Shown piece by piece: positions 58,627 through 64,000 of a stretch of 64,000 bases of DNA. The stretch lies in assembly GCA_028713675.1 (NCBI GenBank), contig JAQTNV010000001.1, positions 73,879-137,878 of the forward strand, in the 5' to 3' direction. The stretch comes from a bacterium (GTDB taxonomy: Bacteria; Desulfobacterota; JAPLJL01). Numbering within the stretch: position 1 is the stretch's first letter; each line of letters starts with the position of its first letter. A program made the translations under genes and the position numbers. The notes under the pieces are model-generated. The model did not search any database. It worked only from the letters and a program-made list of their open reading frames with translations, and was not told where the DNA came from.

Positions 58627-58977
58627 ATGAACAAGGACATATATCTCAAATTCGGACGACGGCTCAAATCATTGCGGAAAGAAACTGGTTTGAGTCAGAG
58701 AGAACTTGCCCAGCGAGCTAACCTATCCACTAACTATCTTGCTTTACTGGAAACAGGCAATCGTTCTCCGTCATTCAAGACCATTACGGTATTGGCTAAA
58801 GTTCTGCAAGTGCCGATCAGCGTGCTAATGGATTTAGAAGTTCAGGAAAAAGTGGAAAAGAAAAAAGGTAGGAAAACCTTGGATTATCGAGAGCGAATGA
58901 TGCGCTTTCTTTTTGCCAAGAGCGACGCCAAGGTAAAACTTGCCTATGAGGTTCTCCGCAAAATTTTACAAGAGTAA
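58627..58977 (+). CDS. XRE-family HTH regulator (divergent from 58198..58548)
   Basis: RKETGLSQRELAQRANLSTNYLALLETGNRSPS HTH_3. Confidence 0.8.
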   Translation: MNKDIYLKFGRRLKSLRKETGLSQRELAQRANLSTNYLALLETGNRSPSFKTITVLAKVLQVPISVLMDLEVQEKVEKKKGRKTLDYRERMMRFLFAKSDAKVKLAYEVLRKILQE

Positions 58978-59201
58978 CCGAGGAATACCCGACCGGCTGG
59001 TCGGAAGTCACATTATGTGACTTTTACTCCACAAATGTGGAAAGTGATCTTCATCATATTTTATTGGGCCTCGAAATTGGAAAGGATCAGATAGAAAAGC
59101 CGGTCTATGCGCTTGGGTTATAGCCCAATCTCCTCTTTATTAGACAAGATTTATAGCTGGTGATATTCTGCATTCATACGGTGAAAAATAGGGAGCAAGA
59201 A

Positions 59202-60965
59202 ATGAACCTCATTTCCAGAAAATGGTGGCTGGTTATTGTTCCAATTTGCATATTTGGTTCAGGTTGGGCTTGTGGAGGAGGTAATGGAAATTCTTCAGAA
59301 TCATCGCTGACTGCCCCTTCAAATCTCCAGGCAATGGTGATTTCTTCAATCCAGATCAACCTTACCTGGACCGATAATTCCGATAACGAGGATGGGTTCA
59401 AGATTGAGCGGAGGACCGGCACGGGGGGCATTTATGACGTGGTCTCAACCCCTTCCGCCAACATAACAAGCTGGGATGACAGCGGCTTAATTCAAGGCAC
59501 CACTTATTACTATAGAATTCGCGCATATATCTCTGATAAGGATTCAGAATATTCCGACGAGGTTAGTGCAACTACTAGCAATACTTCTGCGATAATTCCC
59601 GTTATCCCAGCCGCCCCCTCTGGTCTGACCGCAACGGTGATTTCTTCAACTCAAATCAATCTTACCTGGAAGGATAATTCCACCAACGAGAATGGCTTTG
59701 TGATCGAGAGGAAAACAGGGCTATCGGGAACATATGCTCAGGCTGCGACGGTCGGAGTCAATGTTACCTCTTACTCAGATACGGGTCTTTCGGCAGGGAC
59801 CACTTATTACTATCGGGTTTATTCCTACAATTCGACCGGGAACTCAAGTTATTCTATCGAGGTGAGCGCGACTCCAATGTCTATCCGCGATTCCTGGATA
59901 CCCACCAGCACCGGGACAAATGTGCCTTCAGGAAGGCATAGCCATACTGCTGTTTGGACAGGGACCGAGATGATTGTCTGGGGTGGTAGTGAATTTAACT
60001 CTGGCTCCATCAACACTGGAGGTAGATATAATCCCTCCACCGATTCTTGGACAACCACCAGCACCGGAGTAAACGTGCCTTCAGGAAGGTCTATCCATAC
60101 CGCAGTCTGGACAGGGTCTGAAATGATCATCTGGGGTGGGAGTGGTAGTATTGCTTCTGGTTCTCTTTATCTTAATACCGGGGGTAAATATAATCCGTCC
60201 ACCGATGCCTGGACCGCCACCAGCACCGGGACAAATGTGCCTGAAGGAAGGTATTACCATGTTGCCGTTTGGACAGGGACTGAAATGGTCGTCTGGGGTG
60301 GTTATGGCGGTGCTTACTTTTTCACCACCGGGGGTAGGTATAATCCGTCCACCGATTCCTGGACTGCCACCAGCACCGGGACAAATGTGCCTTTAGTAAG
60401 GGATTTATATACTACCGTTTGGACAGGGACGGAAATGATCATCTGGGGCGGGACATCAGGTGACTCTACTGGTGGTAAGTATGATCCCTCCACTGATTCC
60501 TGGACAGACACCAGCACCGGCGCGAATGTGCCTGCAGGAAGGAATCGCCATACCGCAGTCTGGACAGGAACCGAAATGATCATCTGGGGTGGGTGGGGTA
60601 TTATTGGATTTAACACCTACGGGGCGCTCAACACCGGGGGTAGATATAATCCGTCAACCGATTCCTGGACCGCCACCAGCACCGGGAACTATGTGCCTAC
60701 AGGAAGAGTTTGGGATGATTATCCCCCTGCCGTTTGGACAGGGACTGAAATGATCATCTGGGGTGGTCATGACGGTTCTAAAATTTTCAACACCGGGGGT
60801 AAATATAATCCGTCCACCAATTCCTGGACAGACACCAGCACCGGGCCAAATGTGCCTTCAGCAAGATATTCATATTCTACAGTTTGGACAGGGACGGAAA
60901 TGATCATCTGGGGTGGTTATGGCGGTCCTGATATTTTTAACACCGGGGGGAAATATACACCTTGA
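59202..60965 (+). CDS. lipoprotein with two fibronectin-III domains and ~11 Kelch-like beta-propeller repeats
   Basis: Start at the ATG with a GGGAGCAAG RBS. Lipobox WACGG. FN3 pair (PSNLQAMVISSIQINLTWTDNSDNEDGFKIERR... x2), then an HTAVWTGTEMIIWGG repeat about every 45 aa. Confidence 0.78.
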   Translation: MNLISRKWWLVIVPICIFGSGWACGGGNGNSSESSLTAPSNLQAMVISSIQINLTWTDNSDNEDGFKIERRTGTGGIYDVVSTPSANITSWDDSGLIQGTTYYYRIRAYISDKDSEYSDEVSATTSNTSAIIPVIPAAPSGLTATVISSTQINLTWKDNSTNENGFVIERKTGLSGTYAQAATVGVNVTSYSDTGLSAGTTYYYRVYSYNSTGNSSYSIEVSATPMSIRDSWIPTSTGTNVPSGRHSHTAVWTGTEMIVWGGSEFNSGSINTGGRYNPSTDSWTTTSTGVNVPSGRSIHTAVWTGSEMIIWGGSGSIASGSLYLNTGGKYNPSTDAWTATSTGTNVPEGRYYHVAVWTGTEMVVWGGYGGAYFFTTGGRYNPSTDSWTATSTGTNVPLVRDLYTTVWTGTEMIIWGGTSGDSTGGKYDPSTDSWTDTSTGANVPAGRNRHTAVWTGTEMIIWGGWGIIGFNTYGALNTGGRYNPSTDSWTATSTGNYVPTGRVWDDYPPAVWTGTEMIIWGGHDGSKIFNTGGKYNPSTNSWTDTSTGPNVPSARYSYSTVWTGTEMIIWGGYGGPDIFNTGGKYTP

Positions 60966-61015
60966 CGGGTTTCTGCAAATACGTTGAATCAACCTCCGGG
61001 AAAATCAGAGCTAAT

Positions 61016-61570
61016 ATGGAAGAAATTAATAATATTGCGATTGAGATTAGAAAATATGTCAATGAATTTCATTTATATGATAAACATTTTTTAGATAGGA
61101 ATGATGATTGGAAATCTATTTGTGTTGGAATGGATTTATTAGAGGATTCTTGTTTAGCGCTTATATATTACGAAGAAAATGCCGTTGGAGGTAGTGATGG
61201 CGAAAAATACCTTAAATTATATGGATTCCTTCAAGCAGTTTTTTTACAGCAGGATTCAATAAAATTTATTTATGAAAATTTATTAGGACATAGTCTGAAG
61301 CCAGATCCTAATTCGGCCTGGGAAGAAATCAGAAATCTTAGGAATCTCACTACTGGTCATCCAATTAAACAAGGGTGGGACAATAAGATAAAAAGATGTT
61401 TTGTCCATAGAATAACGCTAAAAAAAGATAGCTTCAGCGTTACTGTATTTGATAATCAAAAATCCGCCCCGGAGAATAAAGATATTAATCTAAAAAATTT
61501 ATTTGATAGATATAAATCAGAAGCAATTACTTGTCTCAAGAAAATATTAGAGACCCGCCGCAACGCTTAA
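61016..61570 (+). CDS. hypothetical protein (~184 aa; track ORF 60962..61570)
   Basis: AT-rich ORF. Start uncertain. No family recognised. Confidence 0.45.
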   Translation: MEEINNIAIEIRKYVNEFHLYDKHFLDRNDDWKSICVGMDLLEDSCLALIYYEENAVGGSDGEKYLKLYGFLQAVFLQQDSIKFIYENLLGHSLKPDPNSAWEEIRNLRNLTTGHPIKQGWDNKIKRCFVHRITLKKDSFSVTVFDNQKSAPENKDINLKNLFDRYKSEAITCLKKILETRRNA

Positions 61571-61658
61571 TTTATAAGTAGGTTTGTTCCACAAACGTGG
61601 AAACAATCTGCCGCAATTCCCCAATCCATCTTTAGACTAACCTGCTGATAATTCATCC

Positions 61659-64000
61659 ATGAAACGAAATAAATCTCCCATCAAATTAGAGCTTGTCCGG
61701 CAATGGCATCCTACAAAGAATGGAAAACTAACGCCGAGAGATGTCACCGCTGGCTCACATAAAAAAGTATGGTGGTTATGTAAAAAAAACAATACACATG
61801 AATGGCAGGCAACGATCAAGGGCCGAAGTATTAGTCAAGGTTGTCCGTATTGTTCAGGTAGATTGGTAAGTAAAGATAACTGCCTTGCGACGGTTAATCC
61901 TGCTTTGGCCCGACAATGGCATCCAAAGAAAAATGGAAAACTAACGCCAAGAGATTTCACCGCCAAATCAACAGAAATTATTTGGTGGTTATGCCCAAAA
62001 AATAATGCACATGAATGGAAAGCAACTATTAACAGCCGAAATAGGGGAGACGGCTGTCCATATTGTTCAGGCAGACGGGTAAGTAAAGATAACTGCCTTG
62101 CAAAGGTTAATCCTGCTTTAGCCCGGCAATGGCATCCTACAAAGAATGGAAATCTGACGCCAAGCATGGTCACCGCTCACTCGAATGAAAAAGTTTGGTG
62201 GCAATGTCCAAAAAACAATACACACGAATGGAAAACAACTATTTCCGAGCGCAGTAGGGGATACGGTTGCCCATACTGTGTTGGTAGATTTGTGAGCAAA
62301 GATAACTGCCTTCAGACGGTTAATCCGGCTTTGGCCCGACAATGGCATCCAAAGAAAAATGGAAAACTAACGCCAAGAGATTTCACCGCCAAATCAGGTA
62401 AAACAGTCTGGTGGTTATGTCCCAAAAACAATACACATGAATGGAAAGCAACTATTAACAGTCGCAGTAGGGGCGACGGTTGTCCATATTGTTCAGGGAA
62501 ACGGGTATGTAAAGAAAACTGCCTTGCGACGGTTAATCCTGCTTTGGCCCGACAATGGCATCCAAAGAAAAATGGAAAACTAACGCCAAGAGATTTCACC
62601 GCCAACTCAAATAAAAAGTTTTGGTGGCAATGCCCAAAATCAAAAAACCACGTTTGGCGGACATCAATCCTTAGTCGAAACTGGGATCGTAGAGGCTGTC
62701 CGTATTGTGCAAATCAATATGTAGATAAAGAAAACTGCCTTGCGACGGTTAATCCTGCTCTGGCCCGGCAATGGCATCCTACAAAAAATGGAAAATTGAC
62801 GCCAAGAGATATCGTCGCTGGCTCTACCAAAAAAGCATGGTGGTTATGCTCAAGAGGACATGAATGGCAAGCAATGATCCTTAGTCGGAATAAGGGCGTT
62901 GGATGTCCCCAATGTCATTCAAATTCATCTCATTTAGAACTTTGTGTCCTAACTCAAATGCAATATCTCTTTGGTGATAATAATGTTAAGCATCGGAAAA
63001 AAATTATAAATGAAGAGTGCGATGTTTTTATTGAACGATTTAAAATTGCTATCGAAATAGATGGCGTTTATTGGCATAGGGAAAAAATTAGGAAGGAAAA
63101 GAAAAAGAATAAAATATTTCAAGAAACCGGAGTTATTTTAATAAGAATAAGAGAAGAAGGTCTTCCAAAATTATCGTCAACCGATATATTTTTCAAATCC
63201 ACAGATAGGCCCTTTGATATAACATGTAGGGTAATTAAAAAAATTCTCAAGACCGAAAAACTTCATACCAAAGCAGAAAAAAAACTTAAAAATTATTTAA
63301 AAAGAAAAGACATTGCTAATAAAGAAAGGTATTTATATCTTTTATCCATTTTACCTTCGCCAATACCTGGCACCAGCTTGCAGGACCTGAATAAAAAGAT
63401 AACCGCAGAATGGCACCCTACAAAAAATGGATCGCTTACCCCAAGGAATTTTTTGCCTTCTTCTCATCAAAAAATCTGGTGGCAATGTCCAAATAACCAT
63501 CACCATGAATGGGAAGCAACTATTGATAGTCGCAATAGGGGGGGGCATGGGTGCCCATATTGCTCAGGCAACCGTGTAAGTAAAGATAATTGTCTTGCGA
63601 CGGTTTTCCCAGCTTTAGCTCGGCAATGGCATCCTACGAAAAACGGAAAACTGACGCCCCAAGATTTCGTTGTTGGCTCACATAAAAAAGTATGGTGGTT
63701 ATGCCCAAAAAACAATGAACATGAATGGGAAACAACTATTGGCGGTCGCAGTAGGGAAACCGGTTGCCCATATTGTTCAGGGAAATGGGTAAGTAAAGAT
63801 AACTGCCTTGCGACGGTTAATCCTACTTTGGCTCGGGAATGGCATCTGACGAAGAATGGAAAGCTAACGCCAAGAGATTTCACTGCCAACTCAAATAAAA
63901 AGTTTTGGTGGCAATGCCCAAAATTTAAAAAACATGTATGGAAGGCATCAATCCTTAACCGAAATTGGAATGGTAGTGGCTGTCCATATTGTTCGGGCAA
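61659..64000 (+). CDS. large zinc-ribbon-repeat protein with embedded DUF559/Vsr-like PD-(D/E)xK endonuclease domain (3' partial, runs off window)
   Basis: Manual translation of the frame from the ATG at 61659 gives an uninterrupted ORF to position 64000. It contains nine or more ~45-aa repeats (WHPTKNGKLTP.D...S.K..WW.C....HEW.A.I..R.RG.GCPYC). Between repeats 6 and 7 lies ECDVFIERFKIAIEIDGVYWH, a DUF559-like nuclease core. Not in the ORF track because there is no stop in the window. Confidence 0.8.
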   Translation, partial: MKRNKSPIKLELVRQWHPTKNGKLTPRDVTAGSHKKVWWLCKKNNTHEWQATIKGRSISQGCPYCSGRLVSKDNCLATVNPALARQWHPKKNGKLTPRDFTAKSTEIIWWLCPKNNAHEWKATINSRNRGDGCPYCSGRRVSKDNCLAKVNPALARQWHPTKNGNLTPSMVTAHSNEKVWWQCPKNNTHEWKTTISERSRGYGCPYCVGRFVSKDNCLQTVNPALARQWHPKKNGKLTPRDFTAKSGKTVWWLCPKNNTHEWKATINSRSRGDGCPYCSGKRVCKENCLATVNPALARQWHPKKNGKLTPRDFTANSNKKFWWQCPKSKNHVWRTSILSRNWDRRGCPYCANQYVDKENCLATVNPALARQWHPTKNGKLTPRDIVAGSTKKAWWLCSRGHEWQAMILSRNKGVGCPQCHSNSSHLELCVLTQMQYLFGDNNVKHRKKIINEECDVFIERFKIAIEIDGVYWHREKIRKEKKKNKIFQETGVILIRIREEGLPKLSSTDIFFKSTDRPFDITCRVIKKILKTEKLHTKAEKKLKNYLKRKDIANKERYLYLLSILPSPIPGTSLQDLNKKITAEWHPTKNGSLTPRNFLPSSHQKIWWQCPNNHHHEWEATIDSRNRGGHGCPYCSGNRVSKDNCLATVFPALARQWHPTKNGKLTPQDFVVGSHKKVWWLCPKNNEHEWETTIGGRSRETGCPYCSGKWVSKDNCLATVNPTLAREWHLTKNGKLTPRDFTANSNKKFWWQCPKFKKHVWKASILNRNWNGSGCPYCSG

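Noticed and set aside
61637-64000. Minus-strand track ORFs (GVSFPFFVGCHCRAKAGLTVARQLSLLT... repeats)
   Set aside because: They are the antisense shadow of the long plus-strand zinc-ribbon-repeat ORF. The plus frame is open throughout and has a coherent domain structure.

Overview
The first ~45.9 kb is high-GC (~60%) bacterial chromosome that looks like an anaerobe (deltaproteobacterium or candidate-phylum type). It carries mostly housekeeping and metabolic genes: hemL, a NupC-type nucleoside transporter, a Zn-dependent alcohol dehydrogenase, a DhnA-type class I aldolase, an archaemetzincin, purE, an acyl-CoA synthetase and acyl-CoA dehydrogenase, an SDR, a ~1800-aa multi-PAS/GAF hybrid histidine kinase with an NtrC-type sigma-54 activator, an oxidative-stress cluster (DUF1844, superoxide reductase, WrbA, redoxins, bacterioferritin), a standalone GGDEF, a CrtI-like oxidoreductase behind a near-consensus sigma-54 promoter, an ABC-2 exporter, a TfoX-N protein, an acetyl-CoA hydrolase/transferase-GNAT fusion, OmpA and two tandem FadL-like outer-membrane proteins. 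Two things are unusual here. One is a three-domain fusion (cNMP-binding + acetate kinase + PduL-type phosphotransacylase) that sits in a ~3 kb cassette bracketed by ~450-bp imperfect inverted repeats. The other is that almost every intergenic space holds stop-codon-rich short-period tandem word arrays (ATAACCT, CATAGGGC, GGTGATAGGTCATAG, CTAGATAGAC, CCACCTAA and similar) plus several dispersed REP-like elements. At 45.87 kb a tRNA-Phe(GAA) gene is cut off after the anticodon loop, and composition shifts to AT-richer DNA that runs to the end of the window. I read this as an acquired island. It carries XRE regulators, discoidin-type lipoproteins, a coiled-coil membrane protein + AAA+ ATPase + EEP nuclease triad, a Cys-rich peptide, an SNase-Ada-Zn nuclease, a PEGA/FGE protein in an operon with a standalone class III nucleotidyl cyclase, an FN3-Kelch lipoprotein, and a giant zinc-ribbon-repeat/DUF559 nuclease ORF that runs off the window and is missing from the ORF track. 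No rRNA or CRISPR was seen.
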